Below, piece by piece: positions 1 to 8,631 of a stretch of 50,746 nucleotides of DNA (its first letter is position 1; every line of letters starts with the position of its first letter). The notes under the pieces were generated by a model. It searched no databases. It was not told the DNA's origin and saw nothing but the letters and a program-made list of their open reading frames with translations. The translations under genes were made by a program, and so were the position numbers. The stretch is from the IMG/VR virus record IMGVR_UViG_3300048998_000054, positions 1 through 50,746 of that record. One strand, written 5' to 3'. The DNA is from a virus. Taxonomy: Duplodnaviria > Caudoviricetes.

Positions 1-127
1 TTGGTGCAGATCATGTTGTTGTAAAGTTGCAGCCCGGTCTGCACGTCAAAGGGTTCTCTGGAGCGCATGAGCAATTGCAGCCGACGGTAGGCGTTGTTAA
101 TGCGGCCATCGTACAGCCCGAAGCCGT
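1..127. repeat. Terminal direct repeat, left copy (circular assembly overlap)
   Basis: Bases 1-127 are identical to 50620-50746; 127 matches a common assembler k-mer. Confidence 0.95.
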
Positions 128-365
128 CGTCATACGGAACCAGCTGATGGTTCGTTACGCCCACCGTCATGGTGACCTTGTTCGGCTTCATGTAAGAATG
201 GTCCGTCAAGGACACGCCGGTCTCCACAGGGTAGTCCGTCACTTCCAATTCAAGGTTATGTTCTTCCTCAAAAATGGCATCAAACGTAAAGCCGCCAAAG
301 CCGCGAAGAATAACGGCCGTAGGGGTAGGCGCGTTCGGGTCTTGATACACAATTGATTCGCTCAT
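1..365 (-). CDS. Dit-like baseplate/tail-initiator protein, 5' part (continues across the join to 50382)
   Basis: Manual translation MSESIVYQDP...FTFDAIFEEEHNLELEVTDYPVETGVSLTDHSYMKP; ATG overlaps the tape measure TGA; 365+238=603 nt is in frame across the join. Confidence 0.8.
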   Translation of the reverse strand, partial: MSESIVYQDPNAPTPTAVILRGFGGFTFDAIFEEEHNLELEVTDYPVETGVSLTDHSYMKPNKVTMTVGVTNHQLVPYDDGFGLYDGRINNAYRRLQLLMRSREPFDVQTGLQLYNNMICT

Positions 366-2224
366 ATCGCCACCGCCGATTGTCCGTTACGAATAGATTG
401 ACGCGACTGCTCTGTTAGCGCATCCTTAACATTCTGGCCCGCCATAGCCGGGTCTGGGCTCACCACGGTGATGTCTCCTACGGTGGTTTGGTTGGTGGTT
501 TGGTTAGTGACCGAGCCCGTGTTTGGCTGGGCTGCTACGCCAAGGCCGCCAGTCGCTTGGAATGGCGTGTCCATGCTGGCAACAGTTTCTCCGTACGAAG
601 GGCTCTGGGCCGAATTGCTCATCGCGCCATTAGTGGCATCATCAGCCGCCCCAATGAAGTTGCCCAGCCAGCCTAGCGCCGACTTCACCTTATCTACGAC
701 TGAGTCGAACTTGCTTACCAGCCAGTCGAACACCGCCATAAAGGCCGCCTTAATGCCATCCGCCGCGCCTGTGAACAAGCTCACGAGGAAGTTAATTGAG
801 GCCGCAATGGCGTCTACCACAACCGAGAACGCCGTAATAAGCCCCGAAATAACCAGAACGATTACCTGCACTGCGAACGTAATGGCCTGCACAAGTCCGT
901 TGGCGAACGCTATGACAATAGGCAGTGCGAAGGAGAACACAGCCCCGATAACAGTGCCGACCAGTTTAATGACAGGCCACAGCGCCACGAACAAATTCAG
1001 AAGAGAGTTGCCTAGCTGCATGAGGCTTGGCCCCACCTGTTTCCACAGGCCGCTAAACCAATCTATGACAGCCGCAACGCCGTCGGCTATGCTGTTGATT
1101 ACTCCTAGCAGCTGAGGATAGTCCTTAACGAGATCGCCCAGGAAACTGTCGTTGCCTTCTTTGAAGTTAATGAACTCATCTATCAGCAGCGCTACCGCCA
1201 GAATAATAGCGCCGATAGCAGCCGGGATAAGCAGCGCCAGAAAGTCAATGGTGAACAGCCAGCGCGCCATTGAAATTAACCCGCGCACAGCGTCCTGAGA
1301 CCAGCGGTACACCTGCAGACTGAGCAGGGCCGCCATTGCCACAGTGGCCCCGACAGTCACCACCGTGAACTTGGAGAGCCAGCTGACCAGTGATGTAATG
1401 CCGCTTACCAAGCGCATGACATATTCAAACATGGTGCCTATGAGCACGCTGACAACGCGCAGGAACGTGCCCAGATTTGTCTTGATTATTTCTTTGTTCT
1501 GCACCAGCCAGTTGCGCAGCCCATCGATAAATCTACCGACAGACGGCATAAGCTGCACGGCAATTGTTTCTGACAGAGACTTCAGAACGAACTTCGTGCG
1601 GTCCATGGAGTCGGCAAACTTGCCAGCTACTTCAAAATCTTCATCGGTAGCAGCGCCGAATGCTCTGGCCTCTTCGCGTAACTGAGCAATGGCGTCAGCA
1701 CCCTTCAGCAACAGCGGCACAAGGGAGCGGTCAAATCCAAGCTTCTCTGCCAGTGCTATGCTCTCTTGACGAGACAGCCCTTGCATTTTCTTGGACACTT
1801 CATCAATTATCTGGTCGAAGTTTTTGACAGAACCGTCGGCATTCTTGGCCTGCATGTGCAGTTTTTGGAACGTCATAGCGCCCCGGCCAATGCCGAGAGC
1901 TGCTTCGCCAATTACTCTGTTGACGCCGCTTAGAGAACTTTTAACGGCTTCCAAGCTTGAGCCGCTGAGCTGAGCTGCATGGCCCAGCTCTACCAGCGCC
2001 GCAGCGGAATAATTTTCTTGGTCTGCAAAGTCGCCAAGGTCATCCATGCCCCCGGCTACTTCAGCTACAAACAGACCGATGGCAGCCGCAGCCGCAGCCG
2101 CAGCCGCCACGACGGCAGTGAGTGATAACGTTACTTTTTCCAGCTCTGCTTGGTATTCCTTTGCCCCTGAGTCTTCTACCTCAAAGCCTAGCGCTACCAG
2201 AAAACTGTCAATTATGTTGCTCAC
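362..2224 (-). CDS. Tape measure protein
   Basis: Long Ala-rich helical ORF with hydrophobic segments after the tail chaperones; N-terminus (V)SNIIDSFLVALGF; GTG start at 2224 preferred over 2260. Confidence 0.85.
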   Translation of the reverse strand: MSNIIDSFLVALGFEVEDSGAKEYQAELEKVTLSLTAVVAAAAAAAAAIGLFVAEVAGGMDDLGDFADQENYSAAALVELGHAAQLSGSSLEAVKSSLSGVNRVIGEAALGIGRGAMTFQKLHMQAKNADGSVKNFDQIIDEVSKKMQGLSRQESIALAEKLGFDRSLVPLLLKGADAIAQLREEARAFGAATDEDFEVAGKFADSMDRTKFVLKSLSETIAVQLMPSVGRFIDGLRNWLVQNKEIIKTNLGTFLRVVSVLIGTMFEYVMRLVSGITSLVSWLSKFTVVTVGATVAMAALLSLQVYRWSQDAVRGLISMARWLFTIDFLALLIPAAIGAIILAVALLIDEFINFKEGNDSFLGDLVKDYPQLLGVINSIADGVAAVIDWFSGLWKQVGPSLMQLGNSLLNLFVALWPVIKLVGTVIGAVFSFALPIVIAFANGLVQAITFAVQVIVLVISGLITAFSVVVDAIAASINFLVSLFTGAADGIKAAFMAVFDWLVSKFDSVVDKVKSALGWLGNFIGAADDATNGAMSNSAQSPSYGETVASMDTPFQATGGLGVAAQPNTGSVTNQTTNQTTVGDITVVSPDPAMAGQNVKDALTEQSRQSIRNGQSAVAI

Positions 2225-2234
2225 TTTACCGTCC

Positions 2235-2477
2235 TCATTTCTTTGGTCTAGCCTTTTCAACTCGTGCTGCGTGCTCTACTTCTGCGTCCATTGCTTCGTG
2301 CATGTCGGCTAGGTCGTTAATGTTATACGTCCCATCCTGCAGCTCCCGCAACGAACACAGAGGCGGGTCACGCATCACTGGTCGCCAGATGTACCAAGTG
2401 ATGTTGGCGAGCTCAACGGGTTCAATGCTTGGCCCATTTTTGCTTTTACTGACGTGAAAAGGCTTTCTGGAAAAAAA
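2235..2477 (-). CDS. Tail assembly chaperone -1 frameshift extension (GT-like)
   Basis: The -1 frame relative to 2375..2821 encodes WYIWRPV...CSLRELQDGTYNINDLADMHEAMD; it lies between the chaperone and the tape measure gene. Confidence 0.7.
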   Translation of the reverse strand, partial: FFSRKPFHVSKSKNGPSIEPVELANITWYIWRPVMRDPPLCSLRELQDGTYNINDLADMHEAMDAEVEHAARVEKARPKK

Positions 2478-2821
2478 TCGCGGAAGTTGTAACGTAACGC
2501 AAAGAACGTTACCTGCCACATTTCTTTATGGCGACCCCCGGTATAGGCTTCGTCAAAAGGCGGTCGCTTGCCGTCAATGGTGACGACAGAATGAATTCGT
2601 TGTAATGCGCCTACTAGCACATCAGGATCAATCTTGCTGCTCATAGCAGCAATAACAGCCGCGCCAGTTTCCTCGGCGTCTGCCCCTTTCTTGCCGAGTG
2701 CTTTAAATAGAGCCTCTCCGCAAATTCCGATAAGTGCCACTTCAACTTTGACGGCTTCAGTTGGCGGCAGCCAGCCCACTGAGATAACACGTCCACCGAT
2801 CGTGGTTTGGTTTTCATTCAT
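2375..2821 (-). CDS. Tail assembly chaperone (G-like)
   Basis: 148 aa between tail tube and tape measure, with a slippery site near the 3' end. Confidence 0.8.
   Translation of the reverse strand: MNENQTTIGGRVISVGWLPPTEAVKVEVALIGICGEALFKALGKKGADAEETGAAVIAAMSSKIDPDVLVGALQRIHSVVTIDGKRPPFDEAYTGGRHKEMWQVTFFALRYNFRDFFPESLFTSVKAKMGQALNPLSSPTSLGTSGDQ
2471..2477 (-). other. -1 ribosomal frameshift heptamer T TTT TTT
   Basis: GAT TTT TTT CCA in the chaperone frame fits X XXY YYZ; a -1 slip enters the downstream ORF. Confidence 0.7.
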
Positions 2822-2835
2822 TTCAAAGCCTCCTG

Positions 2836-2870
2836 AAGAAAGTGGTGGAGGGCGAAGTGCCCTGCCACCG
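2836..2870 (-). terminator. Possible intrinsic terminator after the tail tube gene
   Basis: Minus strand GGTGGCAGGGC-ACTTC-GCCCTCCACC followed by ACTTTCTT. Confidence 0.45.
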
Positions 2871-2878
2871 TTGCAAAA

Positions 2879-3307
2879 TTAGTTCGTGTCGCCAAATACA
2901 AGGTCAAGGCGCTCAACGACAAACACCCATTCCTGATTATTGCCCTGAGTGCCGCGAGTCATCTTTGGCGGTTTCTTGATATAGCCACTGAGACCGGTGG
3001 CGATGTCGTTGCGGTACGTGTCCATGAACGTTACCGCGCATGGGATAAACAGGGAGCCTGAGGCCTCCTGCAGATCGCACAAAGCGGTAAGGTACAGGTT
3101 GGAAGGGCTGGTCTGTTGCAGCTTGATGGTGACCATGCCGGACTTGTCGGCGCTGACACTGATCATCATTTCACCGCTAGCGCCAACCTTGTCGCTGATG
3201 CTGTCTGTGCGGCGTTCAATGTCAATGACATCGTCTCCGTCAGCCCAGCCGGTAATTTCGACACCATTAATTGCAAGGATGGTGTCTTGGAAAGAATAAC
3301 GGCGCAT
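2879..3307 (-). CDS. Tail tube protein (DUF3277-like)
   Basis: 142 aa directly after the sheath; motifs ITGWADGDD, VGASGE, IKLQQTSPSN. Confidence 0.8.
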   Translation of the reverse strand: MRRYSFQDTILAINGVEITGWADGDDVIDIERRTDSISDKVGASGEMMISVSADKSGMVTIKLQQTSPSNLYLTALCDLQEASGSLFIPCAVTFMDTYRNDIATGLSGYIKKPPKMTRGTQGNNQEWVFVVERLDLVFGDTN

Positions 3308-3329
3308 TGTAATACTCCTTTATGCTGGG

Positions 3330-4805
3330 TTAGCGGTTGAAGGAAATGGTGATGTTCACGCCATGAATAGCGCCTGCACCTTTGGCAGCGACCTGAAACG
3401 GTGGGGCCAGCCGCGCTTCACGGTCGGATTGATTTTGATCATCAACCGAGCCGTTATAAACGTAGTAGCCTGTTTTCAGGTAGTCGCCGGTGTGCAGGGT
3501 GCCAAATTCATCACCTGTCCATTTACCCGGTGCAAGCAAGCCGTTGTTGACGCCTTCTTTGCAGGCAGCTTCAATCTGTTGGCGGATGAGCACCATGCCA
3601 CGGTCAGTCTGCGGCACCTTCGTCGTACGGGTGTAGAGGAAGCCGAACACGTTTGTTTCAACGGCGTTCTGCAACCAGTCCAGGCCATGTACTTCATCGA
3701 AGAAGGTTCCGTCAGCCATCGTGCTTTCCGCAAACATCGCACTGTCACCGAAGCGCTCGTAGTAATTGATGTTTTTGGCATCCAGCGCATTGGCTTGAGT
3801 AGTTGTGAGCGTGGTAGGCGTCTCACCGGGCAGGGTTTTGAACTTCAGCGTAATGGTGCTGTTGTTAGCGTTGAAGTCGACAGCGAACGCCCGCGCAATG
3901 GCCGAGACAATTGCGTAAGGATCGTTGTCATCGAACATACCGATAACACGGCGGATACCAGCATTGAACAGCAAGTAGCCGAGGTCCGTGGTGCTGGTGG
4001 AGTCGTACGCCGCCGGATTGCTGGTGGTGTAGCCGCCGATTTTGATGCGGGAATTAACCCATGTAGCCAGCGCCTGAATGTCGGAGTCCGAAGTTTCCTT
4101 CGTAGCTACGACGCCGTACCATTCCGTGTTGTAATCTTGCTGCTTCTGCAAGGCGGTTGGCATGTCTTCAATTGCGCTACCGGTCGTAACACGAGCGCCG
4201 GTTGCTGCTGTGGCGGCCAGCATGGCGCTGATGTCCACACCGCTGCCTGTTGGCGATGCAAACGTAACGGTAGATGCTACGCCCGTGGTGCCGGAACGGA
4301 TAATGAAGCGTGTACCGTCGTATATCACGGTGGCCGCTGCAAAGCCCGCGTTGGCAGCCCGCACCGCCGTTTGGATGATGGAAGCCACGGCGTTCAGGTT
4401 CCCAGCCGCTGCAAAGCTGATTGCGGTAACGTTGACCGGGGCTACGGCATCCATACCAATTTTGAACGAGCCGGTAGTGATGGCTGTCCATGTGGCAAGC
4501 GTTTTGGTTGGGGAAGCCCCGCCGTACATTTCGCCATTGGTTGCCACGATAAAGCGGCGGCCAATGCGCAGAACATGCGGGTTAGGGCTTTGCTGGAAGA
4601 ACACATTAGCCGCAATGTATTCTTCGGAAGTGGTGCTAAAGTCAGCAGCCACTTCGTCGATACCTGCATATTCGCGTGAACGTTCATGCAGGGGCAGCGT
4701 GGCGGAGCTACCAAGAATTAATAGGAGACCGAACCCTCTACGCGCTGGGAATATTGGGCTGGTCAGGATGGTTACATTAACGACCCGAGAGACTGGTAAG
4801 TTCAT
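3330..4805 (-). CDS. Tail sheath protein (DUF3383-like)
   Basis: 491 aa; MNLPVSRVVNV start, TLKFKTLPG, FFDEVHGLDWL, KVPQTDRG, GAIHGV motifs. Confidence 0.9.
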   Translation of the reverse strand: MNLPVSRVVNVTILTSPIFPARRGFGLLLILGSSATLPLHERSREYAGIDEVAADFSTTSEEYIAANVFFQQSPNPHVLRIGRRFIVATNGEMYGGASPTKTLATWTAITTGSFKIGMDAVAPVNVTAISFAAAGNLNAVASIIQTAVRAANAGFAAATVIYDGTRFIIRSGTTGVASTVTFASPTGSGVDISAMLAATAATGARVTTGSAIEDMPTALQKQQDYNTEWYGVVATKETSDSDIQALATWVNSRIKIGGYTTSNPAAYDSTSTTDLGYLLFNAGIRRVIGMFDDNDPYAIVSAIARAFAVDFNANNSTITLKFKTLPGETPTTLTTTQANALDAKNINYYERFGDSAMFAESTMADGTFFDEVHGLDWLQNAVETNVFGFLYTRTTKVPQTDRGMVLIRQQIEAACKEGVNNGLLAPGKWTGDEFGTLHTGDYLKTGYYVYNGSVDDQNQSDREARLAPPFQVAAKGAGAIHGVNITISFNR

Positions 4806-5338
4806 GGTTCATTGACCTCAGTAGTTGTTGAAGAAGTTCCAGTTGTGACGGTAATTGGGAATTGGCCGAATGTGGTTATCACGTCGGTCTCTGTGCTAAC
4901 CACATAGAAGTCAATGTCCACAGCAGCCCGCTCTTCCCAGTTTTGATTAACGACCATGGACATGTCTCGCACTGCTCCGCTAGACACATAACCAATTCCA
5001 AGGCTCCGCATCAACTGTAATGCGGACGTCAGAGTAATTCTGTCGCGTAATTTATTCGCAAGGGCATAAGCGTCCTTGCGAAATACTTGTACAGACGCGG
5101 TGAATTTCGCCTGTGTATTCTGTGTTTCAGTTACCCGGCTTGCAGGGTCGCTCGGTATGTCGGCGTACGTCTGGGAACTTGGCGTGCCGCTGTTCTGCAT
5201 CAGCAGCACCGTGGCGAACGTTTCTCCGGCAGCGCCCACGGTCTGGTTGGCGGGACGCACATCCTCTGCCGACAGGCCCGTGCATAACGCCACCACTTTA
5301 CGGAAGTCCCTGTTGAGCAGCAGGCGGTCGATTGTCAT
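4802..5338 (-). CDS. Tail terminator / neck protein
   Basis: 178 aa immediately upstream of the sheath; WEERAAVDIDF motif; synteny. Confidence 0.6.
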   Translation of the reverse strand: MTIDRLLLNRDFRKVVALCTGLSAEDVRPANQTVGAAGETFATVLLMQNSGTPSSQTYADIPSDPASRVTETQNTQAKFTASVQVFRKDAYALANKLRDRITLTSALQLMRSLGIGYVSSGAVRDMSMVVNQNWEERAAVDIDFYVVSTETDVITTFGQFPITVTTGTSSTTTEVNEP

Positions 5339-5727
5339 GGCTGCCCCACGGCGATGGCCTTGTAGTAGCCGTATTCACTCCAGGCTTCACACACGTAGAC
5401 TTTGTAAGCCTTGCCATGATATTGGATGGTGTCCACTATGGCTGGCCCCGGCGTAGCGGTGCCGTCGTCTCCGTTGGTGTCAAAAAGCTGGTAATTGGTG
5501 TAAATAATGACAGCATCGAGGTTTCTGAGGCCTTCAGGGAGCAATTCGAGGTCCTTTGCGCTGCGCAAAGGCATCGCAACGCCGCTAAAAGACAGCGGGG
5601 TAGCTGTAACTATAGCCTCCCCTGCTGCGTCTCCTGTGGTCGCAATTTGGATAGTTTCCCGCGTGCCTGTGAGCGCCTGCACAAAATCAGGGTCTGTTAG
5701 CAGCTCAGAAACGTTCACAAGGCTCAT
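5335..5727 (-). CDS. Head closure / head-tail joining protein
   Basis: 130 aa; VSELLTDPDF, LELLPEG, WSEYGYYKAIA; synteny. Confidence 0.6.
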   Translation of the reverse strand: MSLVNVSELLTDPDFVQALTGTRETIQIATTGDAAGEAIVTATPLSFSGVAMPLRSAKDLELLPEGLRNLDAVIIYTNYQLFDTNGDDGTATPGPAIVDTIQYHGKAYKVYVCEAWSEYGYYKAIAVGQP

Positions 5728-6206
5728 GAGAGGGCTCCAGTGTACTTCTCGTAATTGATGGACTGCACTAACTGAGCAGTGTCAATCAAGGCCCGGCTGC
5801 TGCCTTTGGCCTTAATCGTGGACTCCTTCAGCACATACGTGTTGCTGTACACGAACTTCTGTACATGCCCCACTGCCATAACGCCCAGCAAATCCAGAGC
5901 TTGCTCCATGGACATTTCGCCGCGCAGCACTTTGATGATATTGATTCTGTTCAAACGCTTGTAGTTGTCCAGATTGGCGCGCACAGTATTGCGCAGGAAA
6001 GGCCGCTCTGGGATGCCAGCTGACGGCGCGCCATACTCCATAATGGCGGCCAACATGGCGTTGGTTACTTCGTCACTGCGAGCGTTCTCGCTGGACGGCA
6101 CGCCTACGGCGACTCTGTCCAGACCTTTTACGCGGTTGATAATTTCGTCCAACTTCTTAGGGTCGATCTTCTTAACAACCTTGGCAGTGATTTTCACCTT
6201 GCTCAT
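5724..6206 (-). CDS. Neck / tail completion protein
   Basis: EYGAPSAGIPERPFLR and KGSSRALIDTAQL motifs are typical of phage neck proteins. Confidence 0.7.
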   Translation of the reverse strand: MSKVKITAKVVKKIDPKKLDEIINRVKGLDRVAVGVPSSENARSDEVTNAMLAAIMEYGAPSAGIPERPFLRNTVRANLDNYKRLNRINIIKVLRGEMSMEQALDLLGVMAVGHVQKFVYSNTYVLKESTIKAKGSSRALIDTAQLVQSINYEKYTGALS

Positions 6207-6574
6207 ACTGCCCTCATGCCTGAGCCAACAATGCGGGTCAGGCGCAAATATTCTTGGCCGTAGATCGTGCGGTAGAACGGGTTGCTCATGTTTTTGAGCA
6301 TAGCCTGCTCCGACTTCATAATGTCCAAATCGCCCACTTTTTTGCGCAGGCTCGTGTTGTCCAAGCCGCCTGCCACCCCGCCCGGAGCGGCGGCCGCAAC
6401 GGCGTTCATGGTCAGCTTATGCGCTACGTAGTTGGACAGACCCTCAGCATACCAGCCGCCCCACACGCACACGTCAAACCATTCGACAGCCAGTGTCAAT
6501 TGGGTTTGAACGACAGAGTCACTGACTGCGTCAAACGTCGGTGTGAAGATAGCTTTGAATTCTGCTGGGGTCAT
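6203..6574 (-). CDS. Head-tail adaptor (DUF4054-like)
   Basis: 123 aa; YVAHKL and TIYGQEYLRL motifs; synteny. Confidence 0.75.
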   Translation of the reverse strand: MTPAEFKAIFTPTFDAVSDSVVQTQLTLAVEWFDVCVWGGWYAEGLSNYVAHKLTMNAVAAAAPGGVAGGLDNTSLRKKVGDLDIMKSEQAMLKNMSNPFYRTIYGQEYLRLTRIVGSGMRAV

Positions 6575-6588
6575 GTCCGTTGCTCCGC

Positions 6589-6954
6589 TTATTCGTCCTG
6601 CGTTTCGTCGTCCGTGGTGCTGTCGCTTACTTCTGCGTCAGTTTCACCGGCGTCAATCAGCGCACGGCTTTCAAAGTGCGCTGCAATTACTGCGTTGTTC
6701 TTCATCGATTCAATTTCGGAGATGTCCACCACTGCCCAGCCGTTCACGACTTCCTGGCCGACAAACTTGGCGGCTGGCACGGATACGGTTTTGACTTGGC
6801 CGTTTTCATCCAGAAAATTGATGTCCTTCTTGCTCTCTGTGGTGTTCTCCAAGAGATGCTTTACCACGGGCTTCTTCTTGCCTGTTGCTTTTGCTTGCTC
6901 AGCTTTGGCGGCTGCTGCTTCCAATGTGTCCGGCGCTTGCGGTGACTTAGCCAT
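6589..6954 (-). CDS. Hypothetical virion-associated protein
   Basis: ORF between MCP and adaptor with GAGGAG RBS before ATG 6954; acidic C-terminus. Confidence 0.65.
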   Translation of the reverse strand: MAKSPQAPDTLEAAAAKAEQAKATGKKKPVVKHLLENTTESKKDINFLDENGQVKTVSVPAAKFVGQEVVNGWAVVDISEIESMKNNAVIAAHFESRALIDAGETDAEVSDSTTDDETQDE

Positions 6955-6975
6955 TTTGATGCTCCTCGTTAGGTT

Positions 6976-7005
6976 CAAGAAACCTGCCCGGTTAGAGGCA
7001 GGTTT
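6976..7005 (-). terminator. Intrinsic terminator downstream of the major capsid gene
   Basis: AAACCTGCC/GGCAGGTTT inverted repeat (6980-7005) with T-rich flanks. Confidence 0.7.
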
Positions 7006-7037
7006 TTCTTCTGTTGCGTCAGTAGGTTATGGAGGGC

Positions 7038-8084
7038 TTACAGGCCGTCCATGTAGTACGCCGAGCTCGGGTAGCGAATTTCCACGCCCGAGTACTTGTA
7101 TTCACCCGGCACCTGCACCGACAAGCCGACTGGCTGTGGGGCCAGGAAGCGCAGCGGCAGAGGAATGTGCATCACCAAACGTTCAGGACGTTTGACGTAG
7201 CCCATCATACGGCGGGTGCTACCAGCGCCAGCGGTGTTCAAGCCGAAGCCGGTGGTGAAGTTGATGTCAACGCCACGCTCTTGCTTGGCAACGTTATTCT
7301 CTTTGACATACGCGAGAATAGTTTTGTCGCTGGTGGTGCTGCGCGCCGTGCTGGACACTTTGGCCATCGACAGAGGAGGCAGGATGATATCCGTAATCAT
7401 GTCGTTGTAAGCGGTGTTCGTCCAGACGTTTTGAATCAACGTGTTCACGTCGTTCAAAATTTGGTCTGGCGTTGCCGTTGCCCATGTGCCCGTTGGAGCA
7501 TTGCCGGTTGGCACCAGCGCGTTGTTGAACAGACCGGTCAGGTTGGAAGTGGCTTCACCGTACAGACCCACGATGTTCATGTGGCGGCGGTAGCCTTCCA
7601 TGGCGGCTGCAAGACGACGCTCTGGCAACGCACGACGCAAGAAAGCCGAACGGCGCAGTTCTTCAGTCGTGTATTCGTAACCGATACCGCCTTGGCAAAC
7701 AGCGAATTGCTTGTCTGCGAATGCGACATCAACCAGCGGCAGGTCTTTACCCTTGCCGGAAATACGCTTGCCACGGCCAGCCCAGTCGTAAATTTCGTAA
7801 CGAATCGTATCAGCCCACTCGCCTGCGGAGTAGTCGATTGGGATGAACTGTTCGTACTGCATTGGCTGATACATGCGTTCGAACAATTGGCTTTCCGTGT
7901 AGGCCAGCTGCGAGACCAAGAACGCCATTGCTTCGCCAGCGTCACCAACAGATTGGATGCCTTGACCGGCGCGCAAGCCGGGAGCGAGATGGCCGATAAT
8001 GGAATCGAATGCATCGTGACGGTCAGCTTCAACCTGCACGGCACGTTCCACGCCGCCATCGATAATGATAATTTCCTTATACAT
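7038..8084 (-). CDS. Major capsid protein (DUF2184 / encapsulin-like HK97 fold)
   Basis: 348 aa; FLVSQLAYTE, GYEYTTEELR, GLFNN, GVEIRYPSSAYYMDGL; follows protease and cement genes. Confidence 0.9.
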   Translation of the reverse strand: MYKEIIIIDGGVERAVQVEADRHDAFDSIIGHLAPGLRAGQGIQSVGDAGEAMAFLVSQLAYTESQLFERMYQPMQYEQFIPIDYSAGEWADTIRYEIYDWAGRGKRISGKGKDLPLVDVAFADKQFAVCQGGIGYEYTTEELRRSAFLRRALPERRLAAAMEGYRRHMNIVGLYGEATSNLTGLFNNALVPTGNAPTGTWATATPDQILNDVNTLIQNVWTNTAYNDMITDIILPPLSMAKVSSTARSTTSDKTILAYVKENNVAKQERGVDINFTTGFGLNTAGAGSTRRMMGYVKRPERLVMHIPLPLRFLAPQPVGLSVQVPGEYKYSGVEIRYPSSAYYMDGL

Positions 8085-8097
8085 GTTTTATTGCTCC

Positions 8098-8601
8098 TTA
8101 GCCTTGTACGCGCAGAAGACCGATTTGGCCTGCGGTGGTGGTTGTTTCCCAAACTGCTTCGATGTTGCCAGCAGAGCCGTCCATCAAAATACGCCCGGTG
8201 CCTGCCGCGCCGCCAGTGGTGGAGCCAATGGTGCCGAAGCCAGCCGTGATGCTGATTGCCGTGTCGCCACGGACTGCGTTTTCAGCAGCCAGAGCGAAGA
8301 CGTAGCCTTCGCGCATGATTGGCACGCTATCGTACTGCTGATAGCCGACGTTGCCGCTGGCGTCGTAGACAGGGCGGATTGCATGACGTACGGCTACGCC
8401 AATAACCTTGTCTGCGTCGATTGCCACGGCTTTGCAGGTGTCATCAGCCGAAGAGCGTACAACGAACTGACCGAAGGCAATGACGCCCGTAGCGCTGTTC
8501 GTTTTGCTTTCGATGGTAGCTGGGTTCAAATCCGCTACCTGTCCTGGGAAGCCCTTGTCGGCCAAATCGCCGCCGTAGGTGGTGAGTGTTGGTTTGGTCA
8601 T
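8098..8601 (-). CDS. Capsid cement / decoration protein
   Basis: 167 aa between protease-scaffold and MCP; GFPGQVAD, IAFGQFV, VPIMREGYV. Confidence 0.75.
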   Translation of the reverse strand: MTKPTLTTYGGDLADKGFPGQVADLNPATIESKTNSATGVIAFGQFVVRSSADDTCKAVAIDADKVIGVAVRHAIRPVYDASGNVGYQQYDSVPIMREGYVFALAAENAVRGDTAISITAGFGTIGSTTGGAAGTGRILMDGSAGNIEAVWETTTTAGQIGLLRVQG

Positions 8602-8631
8602 TTCAGTATTGCTCCTGGGTTATGGTGTGGT

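Noticed and set aside
1-127. 127-bp terminal repeat as a biological DTR
   Set aside because: It falls in the middle of a baseplate gene and equals a common assembler k-mer, so it is best explained as circular assembly overlap.
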